The notes under the pieces: generated by a model
Told to the model about the DNA's origin: nothing
The model's input: the letters and a program-made list of their open reading frames with translations, nothing else
Database searches by the model: none
Origin: Podarcis gaigeae
Lineage: Eukaryota
Assembly: GCA_964106915.2 (NCBI GenBank)
Contig: OZ066924.1
Strand: one strand, 5' to 3'
Length of the DNA: 64,000 nt
Shown: positions 1 to 14,400 of the stretch, in pieces
How positions within the stretch are numbered: the first letter of the stretch is position 1
How the letters are laid out: every line of letters starts with the position of its first letter
Translations under genes and position numbers: made by a program

Positions 1-678
1 TTCAGTTTTTATTAGGAATTAAGCACATTCTAATTACTTTCCCCCAACACTGCCAGAGATGCATGTCCCTAGGCATTAAGTCAGCAGCCCTGAATTGGGA
101 TTTAGTCCCCTCAATAGTCAGCCATTGGTCTAGTTCAAGAGCAGTAAATACAGCAAAGCAGCTTTTCCTCCACCTTCGCCAATGCTGGTGTGCAGAAAGG
201 AAAAGCTCTTGCTCTTCACTTTGCTTGACATTTTCTTTTGCTATATATTTTTTGCAAAGGGAAGGCATCAAACCGGAAACATACGGTGATGTCTAGTATT
301 GGTCATACTCAGAGTAGACCCATTGAAATATTAAGCTGAACAAGTTGGGTATGACCCATAGCATTCTTGAACACATAAATGTACTTGCATTGTTTGAGGC
401 ATAGTAGTAAGGCCAAAACCTTAACACTGTGAAGAAGGGAGACTGAGGAAACAAGGGAAAGAAGACAGTACAAGAAAGTGTCTTGTAAAACTTAGTGTTA
501 GATATCATGAAAACAGGTTTTAAAAAGAAGCTGTTCAAGATTGATTGTGTAACATATAGCAGACTGAAATATTTACAAATACATATTTACTACTGTGCTC
601 ATTGTATGGCAGACAAGTAAAGCATGTGATACACTTTAAACAGTAAAATAGTCAATTTTTTAAAAAAATCTATAATTT

Positions 679-817
679 NNNNNNNNNNNNNNNNNNNNNN
701 NNNNNNNNNNNNNNNNNNNNNNNNNNNNNNNNNNNNNNNNNNNNNNNNNNNNNNNNNNNNNNNNNNNNNNNNNNNNNNNNNNNNNNNNNNNNNNNNNNNN
801 NNNNNNNNNNNNNNNNN
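679..817. other. Assembly gap
   Basis: Run of N. Confidence 1.
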
Positions 818-1674
818 ATCGCACCCATATTGATTTCCATGGGAAATGTTAGTCTGATACTGAAATAATTAAAAAAAAAAAGCACCAGGGATTATTGGTT
901 TGGAATTTTGAAGGAGATAGAAGTATAAAAATTGGTTATTGACCAAATTGCTTGGGGTGAATGAACCTTGGGCATATGCAATAAACTTGTAGCACAGAGT
1001 CATTACTGAATACTACCTTAGTCCCTTAAACCTAAAATAAGTCAATAACCCATTATAACAATGCAAATTGTGGTGAAATAACATATGGGGCATTTTCGTA
1101 TAACATTCTTTGAAATCAACGGGATATTCATAAATATAAATCTGTTAATAATCATCTAATTAAATGTAGAGAAACAGGAACTACTTTTCACACAAAATAA
1201 TAATAGACATGGGGCTAAACTACATGCTACATTAGAAGTCTTTTTAAGTAATATGTTTAGAACCTAGACATAACTCTTTCTGTAGAAAAAGCAGACACAG
1301 CATGTGTGTATAATTTGATTGGGGCTGTTGCGCAGGGAAACAGGCAAAGCCTTTCCCCACTTTCCTTTCAAATCAACCCCCTCCAAAGAAGTCACTGTTT
1401 ATCCCAGAAGGTGCACAGCAGCTTCAAGAGTAGTTTTTGACGGGGAATGTGTTAACCCACAGATCTCCTTAGTTGTCCTGTAGATGATATTCAATGTATT
1501 GTTGTCATTGGCATATTGCTGCTTCAGCAGGGCTTAAGGGGTTTTTTCCTGATCACCTTGTGGGTAGGGGGCTGATTAAGGTGGTCCATCCAGAAACCGA
1601 CAATCCAATTGGTTTTAAGAATACGAAGAATTTGCTTGTTGATTCTAGCTTTCCTGCCATGTGGCAGGTAAGTA

Positions 1675-1914
1675 CAGTGGTACCTCGGGTTAAGAACTTA
1701 ATTCGTTCTGGAGGTCTGTTCTTAACCTGAAACTGTTCTTAACCTGAGGTACCACTTTAGCTAATGGGGCCTCCCGCTGCCACCACACCGTCGCCATGCA
1801 ATTTCTGTTCTCATCCTGAAGGAAAGTTCATAACCTGAGGTACAATTTATGGGTTAGTGGAGTCTGTAACCTGAAGCATCTGTAACATGAAGCGTCTAAC
1901 CTGAGGTACCACTG
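1675..1914. mobile_element. Non-autonomous Tc1/mariner (pogo/Tigger-like) MITE
   Basis: TIRs CAGTGGTACCTCGGGTT ... AACCTGAGGTACCACTG flanked by TA at 1673-1674 and 1915-1916. Internal repeats of aacctga. Confidence 0.9.
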
Positions 1915-2059
1915 TACACAGCTTTTGTCTGTCTTTCTTCCTGAAGAGCACGGGTCTTGTTGCACTAAGGTTTAAGTTGCCCATTTTTGGGGGGGACCCA
2001 CCTGATAGCAGCCTATTGTCCACTCGCTGCCTGCAGGCCCAGTCACCTCACTCTGCATC

Positions 2060-2143
2060 AGTATCCGTGTATAAGACAAACCCCAATTTTTGCCTTAAAA
2101 TTTTAGGCAAAAAACATTGTCTTATACAGAGAAAAATGCGGTA
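2060..2143. mobile_element. Terminal fragment of a mariner/Tigger-type non-autonomous element
   Basis: gtgtataagac...gtcttatacagagaaaaatgcggTA, a typical TIR end with an internal inverted copy. Confidence 0.5.
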
Positions 2144-2721
2144 ATATTTTCCAATTTTGTTTTACTATTGTGCTTTATATTGTTTTTAGCATGTCCTATA
2201 AACTGCTTCAGTTGCTGCTTAAGCAGCAGAGAATGTGCTATAGAAACATATAAAATAAATCAATAAATATTGAAGAAACACAAGTTCAAAGTCCTTTGAG
2301 TTAACACAGAACTTTCTTTACAGTTCTGGATTCTAGTCTTTATATTCTTAAGATTACAGTAAAAAGCATTTAGTTAATTTCATAGATGTGGTACTTGTTC
2401 ATAGTGATCACAAGGCCAAAATAACACTGCAAACAGAGATTGTGCTACTAAATCTAATTTTTGGAATATGGAAAAATTGCTTGCTTATAAAATTGCATTA
2501 AATATACATTTTATTTTTAAATGACCAAAAATACTTAATCCAAATCCCATCAAATGCAATATAAAATCTGATTTAAGTGAGAACAGAATAAAGTGAATGA
2601 ATATGTAAATAAACATATAAATAAAATAAGTTACAATAATAATAATTTTTATTATATGTCTGCATGATAAGTTTTATTATCCCAATTTTAAATATCAAAG
2701 AATTGATCCTGCTTGTAAGTT

Positions 2722-2812
2722 TCAAAGAGGCATCTGGTTGTCCACTGTGAGAACAGGATGCCAGACACCATGGGCCATTGGCCTCATCCAGCAGGCTCTT
2801 CTTAAGTTCTTA
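2722..2812 (+). mobile_element. CR1 LINE 3' end fragment
   Basis: ggcatctggttgtccactgtgagaacaggatgc...ccattggcctcatccagcaggctcttcttaagttctta resembles the squamate CR1 3' tail. Confidence 0.65.
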
Positions 2813-3258
2813 CGAAATACAAAAGTGTCTTTCCAAAGGCATACATGAAATAAATACCATTATTAGGATTTGAGTTTCAAATATGTAGTGTCTAATCTAA
2901 TACAGATTTTTGAAAAATGTAATCTGCTTTCATTTTGTCTAGCAAATTATTCGGCATACCTGGTCTGTTTTGAATCTGGTCTTGGAGGGTTATCAGAAAT
3001 CTAGTGTCCCTTGGCAGAGAAACTAGCATGGCATTAATCAGTTTTGTTATTAACTGCTATTCTTAAAATTCAAGTATTAATTATTATTTATTGTTTATTC
3101 AAAACATTTATATGCCACCTTCCATCAAATGATTGCATTGTGCTTTTCAAAAATAAAATTAGCAAATAAAACTAGAAACAGACAGCCTGTAAATGTGCTA
3201 TAAGTAGACAGAGAATTTAAATATTTAAGATGAGAGTGTTTTTAAAATGCCTGGAATC

Positions 3259-3778
3259 CAGATCTGGGCAATATCTGGTTTTCAACATCGCAATATATCA
3301 CCAGCTAAACATCTCAATATACCAATATATCACAATGTCTGAAATAAGAATGAAGCTATGCAGAGGCACTAGCTGGCTTAACCATTTTCCCCACATCATG
3401 ATTTTTGTTGCCTCCTGCAGGAGGCAGGGAAGAGCTGAACCAGCAGAGTTAACAGAGGCTGCAGGAAACAATAAAAGCATTGTCTGGCTTTCCCTACATT
3501 GTGATTTTTGCATGGTGCACACACACACCCCTCATGATTTGTGATATATTGCCAGATCAAAAAATTATTAAACCAATATCACAATAATGGCCTTCAAACT
3601 TGGCTGAATCTACACTGATTGAAAAAACACTATAAAATCTCTCAGTGCAAAAATCCCATTGGTGACCGATCACAGCTCTACAGCGCCATATGTTTATAAC
3701 GCAGTTCTAACAATATAATAGATGAATGTAGCTGAGTCCCTGGTGTTGGATCAAATATCAATATATCGCCCAGCCCTA
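3259..3778. mobile_element. Degenerate hAT-type non-autonomous element
   Basis: Right end atatcgcccagcccta (TIR TAGGGCTGGGCGATAT). Left end cagatctgggcaatat is degenerate. Repeated (a)atatc subterminal motifs. Confidence 0.55.
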
Positions 3779-4864
3779 GTCTGGATGCATATCTATTTCA
3801 ACATTGGACTGACAGCAAAGTTTGTGCCAGACATATTTCTTTGGGAAGGGTACTCCATAGCTGGGACAAAGATGCAAGACTAACTTCTAATGGAGGTGGC
3901 ATTTGGAGAAGAGTGTCAGTCAATGACCTTAGCATTCAGGCAAGATGTGGGAGGAGAAACGCCTTGAAGTAGCTGTGGGATCATTAATATGAAATGTTCA
4001 GAATCTAATATGTGGGACAAAACCTGCCCACCCCCAGATATGCACTTTGTCCCTGCTGTGCTGTGTATTCCTCTCTTACCAGCTGTAGGCTGGCTTTCCT
4101 CTGATGGAGTTAGTTTCAGCTCTAGAAACCAGCTGTCACTTGTGACAATATTTATTAAAATGTATAGCTTCCTTTTTATTCCAGTCTACTGTGCTTACTG
4201 GGCACCTCTCCAATCTTTTTATGAGGAAAAAAGATCCTTTCCCTTCCTACAACGAGATGGCATTAGATGCATTAGATGCAAGGCAAACTTTGAAATCCAA
4301 CCTAAACTGCTTTATTTAACTACACTAGAGGGTTTTGGAGCATTTCTAAACAACAGTTTTCTCAGTTACATACACACACACAGTATGTATGCTACATATA
4401 CATACAACAAGTTATTAACTGGCAGAGAGATCACCAGTTGCAGTATACAACCTCTGCAATCTAAGGAAATGGCAAAGTTAGTTTCCCCATTTTTCTCATG
4501 CCAGAAGCAACACCTGACTGCTAGTTAGTGGAAAAATAACTTTCCCCCTTAGGGCTATAGACATTAATTAGTTGAGCAATGGAAAGAACAGGCCAAATGA
4601 AACCTGGCTTTATTTCATAAAGTGCTACTTACATCTCTCAAAAAGACTGGAACAGCAGTTGCCTTGCAAACCCTCCATGTCTACAAAGTGAAATGCACAC
4701 ATGTACAATTGTCTTATATAGTGACATGTATGCTCCCTTTGAGAGGAAGGGCAGGATATAAATTTTATGAATAAAAAATGACATATAGGAATTAGAGAAA
4801 AACTGAGCAGCCCTCCTTCAGGGTGGCAGCCACTACCGAAATGGCCCTCTGCCAGGTTCCCTGT

Positions 4865-5515
4865 AACCTCACTTCTCACAGTGAGGGAACCGCCAGAAGG
4901 CCCTCAGTGCTGGACCTCAGTTTCCGTGCTGAATGATGGGGGTGGTGGAGGTGCTCCTTCAGAAATACTGGTCCGAGGCTGTTTAGGGCTTTATAGGTAA
5001 GCACCAACACTTTGAATTGTGCTTGGAAACATACTGGGAGCCATTGAAGATCCTTTAGGACTGGTGTTATATGGTCTTTGCGGCCACTGAAAGTCACCAG
5101 TCTAGCTGCCACATTCTGGATTAGTTGTAGTTTCTGGGTCACCTTCAAAGCCCCACGTAGAGCGCATTGCAGTAGTCCAAGTGAGAGATAACTAGAGCAT
5201 GCACCACTCTGGCAAGACAGTCCACGGGCAGGTAGGGCCTTAGCTTGCATACCAGATGGAGCTGGTAAACAGCTGCTCTGGACACAGAATTGACCTGCGT
5301 CTCCATGGACAGTTGTGAGTCCAAAATGACTCCCAGGCTGTGCATCTGGTCCTTCAGGGACACAGTTACCCCATTCAAGACCAGGGAGTCCCGCATACCA
5401 TCCCGCCCCCTGTCCCTCAAAAACAGTACTTCTTGTCAGGATTCAGCCTCAATCTGTTAGCCGCCATTCATCCACCAACCGCCTTCAGACACTCACACAG
5501 CCAATTAACAGCCAG
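4865..5515 (-). mobile_element. L2 LINE ORF2 fragment (post-RT region), frameshifted
   Basis: Minus-strand peptides LGVILDSQLSMETQVNSVSRAAVYQL...VHALVISHLDYCNALYVGL and LQLIQNVAARLV...HITPVLKDLQWLPV...FKVLVLTYKAL are L2-clade hallmarks. Confidence 0.9.
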
Positions 5516-8074
5516 TCTGTTCGCTTCACCCTGCTAATGTCCATTTGTGCCAGCTTTCCCAATATGTAAACCTTTCCCCATTGTGCTCCGCCATTCTCCC
5601 CTGCTTCCAAAGGACATTCTATACCAGGATTTCCCAAACTTGGGTCTCTGCAAGCTGTTTCTGCAAGCTCTTTTGGATATAACATGGCTTAACAATTCTC
5701 TAACACACGGATACTCAAGATTGAACCAGACTTCCATCACAACTTTTTGGCGCAATGTCTTCCCCTTCTTCAGGGGTTGTGGTTGAGAATTTGGAGTCAG
5801 AAGGGGAATTGCATACAGGTCCAGGTCCAGATGCCCCTCCAAAAGAAGAGCCTGTGGTGCCATTGCCCTTTCAGTCTGAGAATATCACCTTTCATACCCA
5901 AGTGTTAATCAAACCAGTAGCACACGTAAGACTTTCTAGGGTTAGAAGGGGGAGGAACATGGGGGAATGAATGTCTTTTGTTAGCAAGCTGCCAATGGGT
6001 ATAACTGTGTGGTGATTGATGACAGCCAGACATAAATTTTGGCTATTGAATTCAGTCTGGAAAACAGAGTGAACAGGTGGTTAACCTCTGATGCTCTGAA
6101 ACAGTCATTTTCTGTGTCAAGACACCAAGAAACTGTCAGCTCCTGGGAACCACATAAGAGCCCTGATGAGCATTGGATCTGCAAAAGCCTCTCTTTCTTA
6201 ATTATTCCTGAGATGCTTATAATTCATATATCGAAAATGAGATTTCTCTGTCTGCTGGTGGAAATTTACATTCGGCGTGTGAGTTGCTTTCTGGCTACAA
6301 TAAGGGAAGGGAAGTTGGTTGTTAAAGGGCTGAAGGCAGAAGAAAACGTCTGCTTTAATTGTTTGAATCAAGAAAGTTCGTTGTTTTCTCAACAAAAGTG
6401 TTGCCTATAAATTGAAAGTAAATCTTCACTTGATGCTTCCTCTGTAGGTAAAGAGTTTACTCTAATAGATAATGCTGTGAAGATCTTAAGGTGGAGACGG
6501 GCGATGTAATGAGACTGAATTGTTAATAAGAACAAAAACATTCAGTATAACAAGTATATCTTTGGACATTCCACTGTTGGCCACCTTCAGCAAATGTTTG
6601 ATGAGCAAATAAAATGGATTAGAACAAAGTTTGATGTAATCGAGAATGAAAGTAAACCAGAGATGAATGAAATGGAAAGCAGAATCAAACAGGGAGGGAA
6701 CAGGTGGTGAAATGCGAAAGTCCTTCACACTGGTTTTTGGATGAATGAAACAGTCAAATGGTGGAGTTGTGATGCTGGAGGAGTGGAATGAAGCCATGGA
6801 TGGAGAGAATTCTTGATCTGGCATCAAACGCGACTGTGCTATCTCTGTTGGTGAGGAGCCATTGAGAGACCTTCAGTCTGCCATGATCCCTCCCCCAGAA
6901 GTCAACTGTGTTTCTTGACAATCAAACATTCTCACTTTCAATGTTTGAACACACACACTACCCTCTTAATCATTTCAATTTTCAGGTGGGCATCTCAGTT
7001 CCAACCCCTTAGCTGCTGTCATCTCCTTACTCAAACCATACCAAAATATGTGATAAAACCCACATTCAGCTTAAATAAATGATGAAATTCATACTAATTT
7101 TAATGAATTGGGATTTTAAAAATTAAATTTATATACCATTCAAAGATCACAGGGTGTTTTATAGGATTGCAATCTATATCAGGAATTAAGTAAATACAGT
7201 GATGGAAAAGGGAAAAATGAACATGGATAAAACTATGTGGGGAAAATATGGCTTGGTATTGTGGGTTATCTTTGCCACTTCATAGGTGGCTAAACATTCC
7301 TGTTTGAGGTAATTTGTGATCATTGACATATAATCACAATCATAGCAGCTTTAAGCTTAAGATAAAACACTTACATCAGGTTATAAAGTTTTACTGTTGC
7401 ATTATACAGTTGAATTAAGTATTTTCTGCTTTTTTATGTGATTTTTTTCAAGGAAACATTTTCATCTTCAAAGGATTTCTGGGGGGAAAACTTTAAAAAC
7501 ACAACAGAAATGTCAAAAATTAAAAAGTTAATAAAAAGATTCATCATATTAATAATTTCACCTCTCTATACTTCTGAGGCATGCTTATGTTGACAATACT
7601 GTTATATAGCTTCAGATTATGAAAGGCAACAGATGTTGAAATTATTGTTCATGGTAAATGGTTTGCAAGATTAGAAAACCATCCAGTCTTTCTTCTAAAA
7701 CACATACAAGGTGATGTAATTAGCTGGGAATAGGTTTCTCTGCTGAATCAGAAGCTGCAACCTAAGCATACATAGCCGAATTGCTTCCACTGGAATTCCT
7801 AAGGTTTCTGAATAAACATGTTGGTTCAGGATGTAAGACCTACTAAAACAGTCAGATTTACTTATGAGTGTGCTTAAAATAATATTCCTCAAAGTACAGA
7901 TATTAGAATGGCATCACATGATTGTTTTTGTGATATTTATTTTCTTCTGTAATGGGAAGAAATTGATTCCAAATGTGTTGTCTTGACCCCGTACTCCATA
8001 CATGGTAGTGCCTAACCTTAAATGATGCTTCTCCAGTCTCGGCTGTATTTACAGTAATTACGTGCATAATGTAG

Positions 8075-8492
8075 NNNNNNNNNNNNNNNNNNNNNNNNNN
8101 NNNNNNNNNNNNNNNNNNNNNNNNNNNNNNNNNNNNNNNNNNNNNNNNNNNNNNNNNNNNNNNNNNNNNNNNNNNNNNNNNNNNNNNNNNNNNNNNNNNN
8201 NNNNNNNNNNNNNNNNNNNNNNNNNNNNNNNNNNNNNNNNNNNNNNNNNNNNNNNNNNNNNNNNNNNNNNNNNNNNNNNNNNNNNNNNNNNNNNNNNNNN
8301 NNNNNNNNNNNNNNNNNNNNNNNNNNNNNNNNNNNNNNNNNNNNNNNNNNNNNNNNNNNNNNNNNNNNNNNNNNNNNNNNNNNNNNNNNNNNNNNNNNNN
8401 NNNNNNNNNNNNNNNNNNNNNNNNNNNNNNNNNNNNNNNNNNNNNNNNNNNNNNNNNNNNNNNNNNNNNNNNNNNNNNNNNNNNNNNNNNNN
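8075..8492. other. Assembly gap
   Basis: Run of N. Confidence 1.
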
Positions 8493-9270
8493 GCTGGGAT
8501 GTCTAGTGCTTCAATTCATGTTAGTTTCTGTAAGATAAGCACGTAGGAAGCTACCATCATGCAACCTGTATATACACCATGGAGATGTTGTAAGTGACAC
8601 TAACGTACAGAAACAAAATAGATAAGATATCTATATCGGCCAAGGCTCTATTGGTAATCAAGGATGAAGACAATGAATTACACAGAACTCTTTAACAAGT
8701 GATAACATGCTTGTTACAACGGAAGTTGGGCTAGTAAAATTGCTCAATTTATGTATTTTGTAGCTGTTACTTATGTGGGGCAAACATAAGCTACTGGCCC
8801 CCAAAAGACCTCAAAATCTGCTACAATTTTTCAGGTCTGCAATAAGGTGGAACTCTTGATCTGGAGCCTTCAGAATAGTTATTCACATGAAAGGGGAAAG
8901 AGTGCCGTATAAATGTACCCTGCTGCTCTTAACAATTGCCATTTGTCATATAAAGGTAATTTGGAACATTGCAGCTTCTAATACTGTAGAACCCAGATCA
9001 GGATGCTGGTGGCTTATGTCTATGTATTATCCCAGAGTGATCTCTTCATGGTAGCTAAAAGCAGTTCACTGGAGAAGGTGAAAATCTTATGGGTAGAACT
9101 ACAGCTTATCTTCAGTGGTTAAATATTGTGGTGGTGCATGCCCAAGTCCTAATGCCACATTCCTGAAACTATTTGTTTGGGTAAATGTTGGGATTCCTTT
9201 GCAAATATGTGGCTTCTGTAGTCTTCCAGTAAAATCAGTGTAGTTTATTTACTTCTGAGACAATATGTTT

Positions 9271-9288
9271 ATAATAATAATAATAGTA

Positions 9289-9341
<53 letters not shown>

Positions 9342-9385
9342 TGTAGACTGCCCGATACCTGTAGATCTCAGGGCGGTTCACAACA
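9271..9385 (-). mobile_element. (AAT)n microsatellite forming the tail of an L2-type 3' end
   Basis: (AAT)n at about 9271-9340 followed by gactgcccgatacctgtagatctcagggcggttcacaac. Confidence 0.6.
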
Positions 9386-11234
9386 TGAAGTTACAATTTA
9401 AAAACACATATACATCATCATAATAAAAATAAAGACAACCTAATGTGGATGCTGTATCATATGACTTAAGCCGCTGCCTTGGGCAGTGGAACTCTGCAGG
9501 GCCGTGCCCCCATGGGAACCCCGCCCCTGCCACCACCGGGGTCATGTAGCTGCACCTTCCAGCCAAATATTCTGAGAATTATGCAAGATCTCATAAGATC
9601 TCACCAGAAGCAACCACATGACCCCAGTAAGCGAGGCTTCAGTGGGAACAACTTCCTGTCTTGCCTCAGGTGGCAAAACAGGGTTCGCTCTTATTTCTTT
9701 CAAATTTTTAAAACCCACTTAAGATTGTTTCACATCATAAAAACTAATCAAAATACAAAAGGGTCACCAATATTAAGCCCAGCATCATGATACTAAATTC
9801 AAATCAAGTGATTCCAGTATAGCTAAACTGCTAGGGAAGGGAAGAATGGTGCTATATACAGGTAGCAAGAGGATGTGGTTTTCTAGATCCAAGCACCATG
9901 CAGATTCACTGACTTCTTACCATGCCCTTTGACAGCTGCTCATTCTTGCACTCGGTTAAATATGTTCACTTATATAGGTCACCTCCACTATAGCTTTGCG
10001 GTGCTAAATATTTGCAGAAAAGCTGTAGAAATTAGTTTCTTGGAGATATGTTTTGAATATTCAAATTACTGAAGTGTGGATTAGTGAGGTTTGGCTGTTA
10101 CATTAAGAAATAAAATCAATGTTCCCTTATTTCTAGATAGTTTTGAAATTTGAGAGGGGGAGAGTTGAATATTACTTGAAGATGCTGGCACCATAAATCT
10201 AATACTGCTGTGAGCTTAGTAGATGCATAAAACCAATTCATATTATGTCTCAGCATGAGTTTATATCTTCTAATTAGTACCACCATTTTATGTAGAGCAC
10301 ATGCTATGAAAGTTTGTTTGTCGTGTCAACAGAGACCAAAGGACATACAGTAGTTCTCTGCTAGAATAAGAGGACTATGTGGAAACAAAAGGCTTGTACC
10401 CTAAGCAGTAGGTAATCAGAAAAGAATGTAAAAGAATTAAGTGCTGTTGTGGAGATAAAGTTATACCCATTTTGCAATGAGCATAGGTGGTTCTCATGAT
10501 ATTATTTTTCTCATTATTAATTAGACTTCAGTAAAGTACTGTTCTTTAAAAAGTGAATGAAAACATTAAAAGCTTAAAAGCTTCTATTCTGACAATTGAA
10601 AAGTAAAATTTTATGATATTCAAATGCTAATCATATCACTTAGCAGATGACTGAAGAAAGTAGTGTATTTTGAATAGAGGCATAAATTATAAATTGTAAA
10701 CAGTGCATGGGGGATATATTGTAACTCCTTCTCATTTAAATTAAGACAGGGAGCTTTTTCTGAAACATATTATGTGACTTCATTAAGTTTTAAAATGCAC
10801 TTTATAATGTTTTATTAAGATCTTTTGGCAACAGGCTACAAACTCCCATGCTATAGCAGTTCAAAGTTGTATAAAGAACTTGGCTATAGCTCACGAGCAC
10901 ATTCATATATTCCAATATTATTTCTACACTTTTCTGTGCTGTTATATAATAAATGTACCTCTCTAATGCTGCTCTCCTTGCCCACAAATATGTTTTTGCT
11001 TTTTTAAAAACTAAAAACATCTCAAACATTTACATGATCAATGTTTTTTGCTTGAGGGATAAAGTTTGCTCTTCCATAGACAAGTGAGAACATATTGATC
11101 ATTTTATTCTATTTGCTATTTCTAAATTCAATATACCTCTTGAGTCGATAAGCGAGATCGAGAGCATATTCTTTTTTTGTGTGTGCCTGCTTGTAGCTTG
11201 TTCTCAAGATTCAAGATACATTTTTGATTAATCA

Positions 11235-11446
11235 NNNNNNNNNNNNNNNNNNNNNNNNNNNNNNNNNNNNNNNNNNNNNNNNNNNNNNNNNNNNNNNNNN
11301 NNNNNNNNNNNNNNNNNNNNNNNNNNNNNNNNNNNNNNNNNNNNNNNNNNNNNNNNNNNNNNNNNNNNNNNNNNNNNNNNNNNNNNNNNNNNNNNNNNNN
11401 NNNNNNNNNNNNNNNNNNNNNNNNNNNNNNNNNNNNNNNNNNNNNN
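11235..11446. other. Assembly gap
   Basis: Run of N. Confidence 1.
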
Positions 11447-14400
11447 TGAAAGAAATAGTGTATGTTTTAATTGAAACTTTTAAGACAAACTTTACTCTTC
11501 TTAATTTTACTCATTATTAATGCAGATGAATTCACTGCTTCTAGTGCCATGTTAGCTCACTAACTTTGCTTCTTCTTACAGTTTCAAAAAAATAATTTCG
11601 TCATATAAATTCCATTTTGTTATTTCTTTCTATGCTAATATTCATTTAACATTGTCATTGTGCGAGAAGGAAACAAGGATGTTTTTGTTTTGTTTTTCTA
11701 GTTTCAATGCCCGTGGGGCTGAATTCTCAGTACAAACTAGAAGTTCCAACTGTGGGATTGGAAGGAATTGTTGAACATTTTCATTTCACATTTGTCTTCA
11801 AAATAACAGTTCTGAGCCTACAGAAAGTGTCATATAATGTAACCTACAAGTATGTCTCCCTTTTGACTTCTGAGTACCTGTTTAATCACATTTGCCACAT
11901 CTATAGCAATTTGTCTTCTATTACTAGACAGTACATAAATAAGAAATAGTGGCGCAGTTGGTCTGTTAACACCTGGAGAACATTTTGTATCAAGCCTGTC
12001 TATGATTTGTAATGCTACAGGCAAAAGCCTGTATCATATGGTGGTGCATAAATAAGTGAAAGCTCTCTGGGCTACTTGAGGACTTTGTTGTAAAACACCT
12101 AAAATCAGGGCCTTTCTTCACCTTGTCATAGATTGTTCTTTGCTTCAAACACCATGATCTACTTTTTCTTTCCTCTTAAAAAGTTCATACTGTCATGGGT
12201 AAATCAATGGGGCTAATTAGACACAACAATGCTGTTAAAAATGGAGAGGGAGAAAATAACACATCTGTCATGAACTCCCTCTTGGAAATGAGACATTTTA
12301 AATATTTTATGTTGAACACAAAATATCTTGAGGAGATTGTTTCATATTCTGTATTCCAACACAAACCTCTGTGTGAGAAGAATAATCCTGCTTGAACAAA
12401 CCATTTAAACAGTTATTTTTTTAAAGGAAAAAAAGCTTCATAATGTTTTCAATATCTCTTTTACTAAAGAATATATAGTACATAAAATGTTTTATCACAG
12501 ATAATGTATTCAAAATTTACATTTGGAGACTTTTGGCACCCTAGCAACTTGTCCGTGTTGCGCCACTGCATAGAGGAAAACATGTAATTTGGCATCATAA
12601 GATGAGAAAGAGCAGTGGAAAATCTTGCCAACAGAAAGAACATTCTCTTTCCAATTATTTCTCTTCAGCCAACATCTAAATCAAATTGAATGCAAATATT
12701 TTGCCTATTAGACTAATCTGAATTGTATTTCTAGCAGTTTTTCCTGCAAGATATATTTTCTCCTAAGAAAAATATTTAGCACATAATTTATATCATACTT
12801 TTCAATGACGTGAAACATTTCCTGTTTTCAGCTTGCATAATTTGTGCATCTGCATGGGTTATGCACCTGTGAGTTTGAATTAGAGCATTTAAAGCTATGT
12901 ATTTAGGTTAACAGAACAGTAGTAGCAAAAACTGAGTGAGGGAAAAGAAAGTGTCCTACATGCTAGAATGACACAAATTACATAAGTTGTGCATTCATTA
13001 ATTTCTAAGTCATGTATGTAAAGCATCTGCCCATGGACATATTCCTTGCTGTGTTTTTTAAAATCCTTACTAAGAAGAGAAATGTCCCTATCTGACATTT
13101 TTTTAAAGGTTTCTCCATTAAGACCATTCTGTCCCTTCTGTGAAAACATATATTTCATCTTTGACAACTGTTTCATGGTACTTGGTGTTACTGATGGCGC
13201 ATGCACAACTTCTTCTTCTTCTCTCTCTCTCTCTTTTTTTTTTACCCCAGGACAGCTGCCAACTGCAGCTGACCCTGCTGTGTTTTCAGCTCCAGTACAT
13301 CTTATAAAATAAAGTAGTGTTGTCATGCTGGAAACATATTTGAGGAAATAATTCATGACTATAGTTCACCAGACTGAAAGAGAGGCTCTGCATAGTGTAG
13401 AAATTATCTTTTGGTTTCTGAGTGAATGGTGACAACCAAAACACTTCATAAGGCCCAGTTCAAGAAAGAGAGTAGGCATGAGTTTTGGCAAATATTGCCA
13501 CTTCTGCCCTCCGGCTTAGTTTAAATGGTAAAGCAGAATGAGAAAGAAGCACAGTGGTGATCAGAGAACTGAATATTCTGAATAAACTCTTTATCCAGAG
13601 AGAGAACTCTAAATGATCACAGTCATGCTTCATAACATGCATTCTGTTTGTCTATCAGCAAATGTGCTTACATTTGCCAAATTCTCAGAATCCTGGCTTT
13701 ACACTAAAACAAGCAGGCTTCTTGCACTCATTGAGGAGAAAACGGTAAAATATGTTCAAGCTCAAAAACTGGAGGTCTGATTGTGATCATGCTCTCAGTC
13801 CCTATGCCTGAACTCCCAGACCTTTTTCTCCATCTTTATGCATTTCATTTGTATGGCCTCAACTAAATCATTCCCCTTCCATGGCCATAGTTACAAACTG
13901 GGGTACACTTCATGCATTAGAACTTCCTGCACAGATAGTACTTCCATGTAGGAAATTGCTTGTCACAGTTTAATGAACAGTCACATGTGACAAATGACAC
14001 TTGTCTAATTTGCTGCATGCACATGGTAAGAAACTCTGATTGGTTTCCTCTGAAATAGACTCAACTGAGTTTGCCTTCTGTGGTTCCGTGTATACAAGGT
14101 GTATGCATTTTCATATGCAGAAATTATATCTAAATAGGATATTCATATGCTGTAGTCCTGATAAAATAAAAGGCCAGCAGTTATATTTTATTGCATTTAA
14201 AAATACATCAATATTCTGATTTATAGAAAATTAAGAGAATATCCTGCTTGGTCATTCCAACATGTAATTTTCTATATTGTGAACCTTTTCCTATTATTTT
14301 GCTTTTCCTCTCCTCCTTTTAGCGTTGATAGATTTTGGGAGCAATAACATTAAGTTACTATCTTTGTAGATACTTTTCCTGGTTCAGTGTCCAATAGTTT

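Noticed and set aside
8062-8538. ORFs spanning N runs (also 670-885, 11224-11520, 41638-42031)
   Set aside because: Artefacts of assembly gaps.
13215-13312. Strong-looking polypyrimidine tract and AG at about 13250 as an extra exon
   Set aside because: All three frames stop within about 20 codons, with no FAM172A similarity and no convincing donor site.
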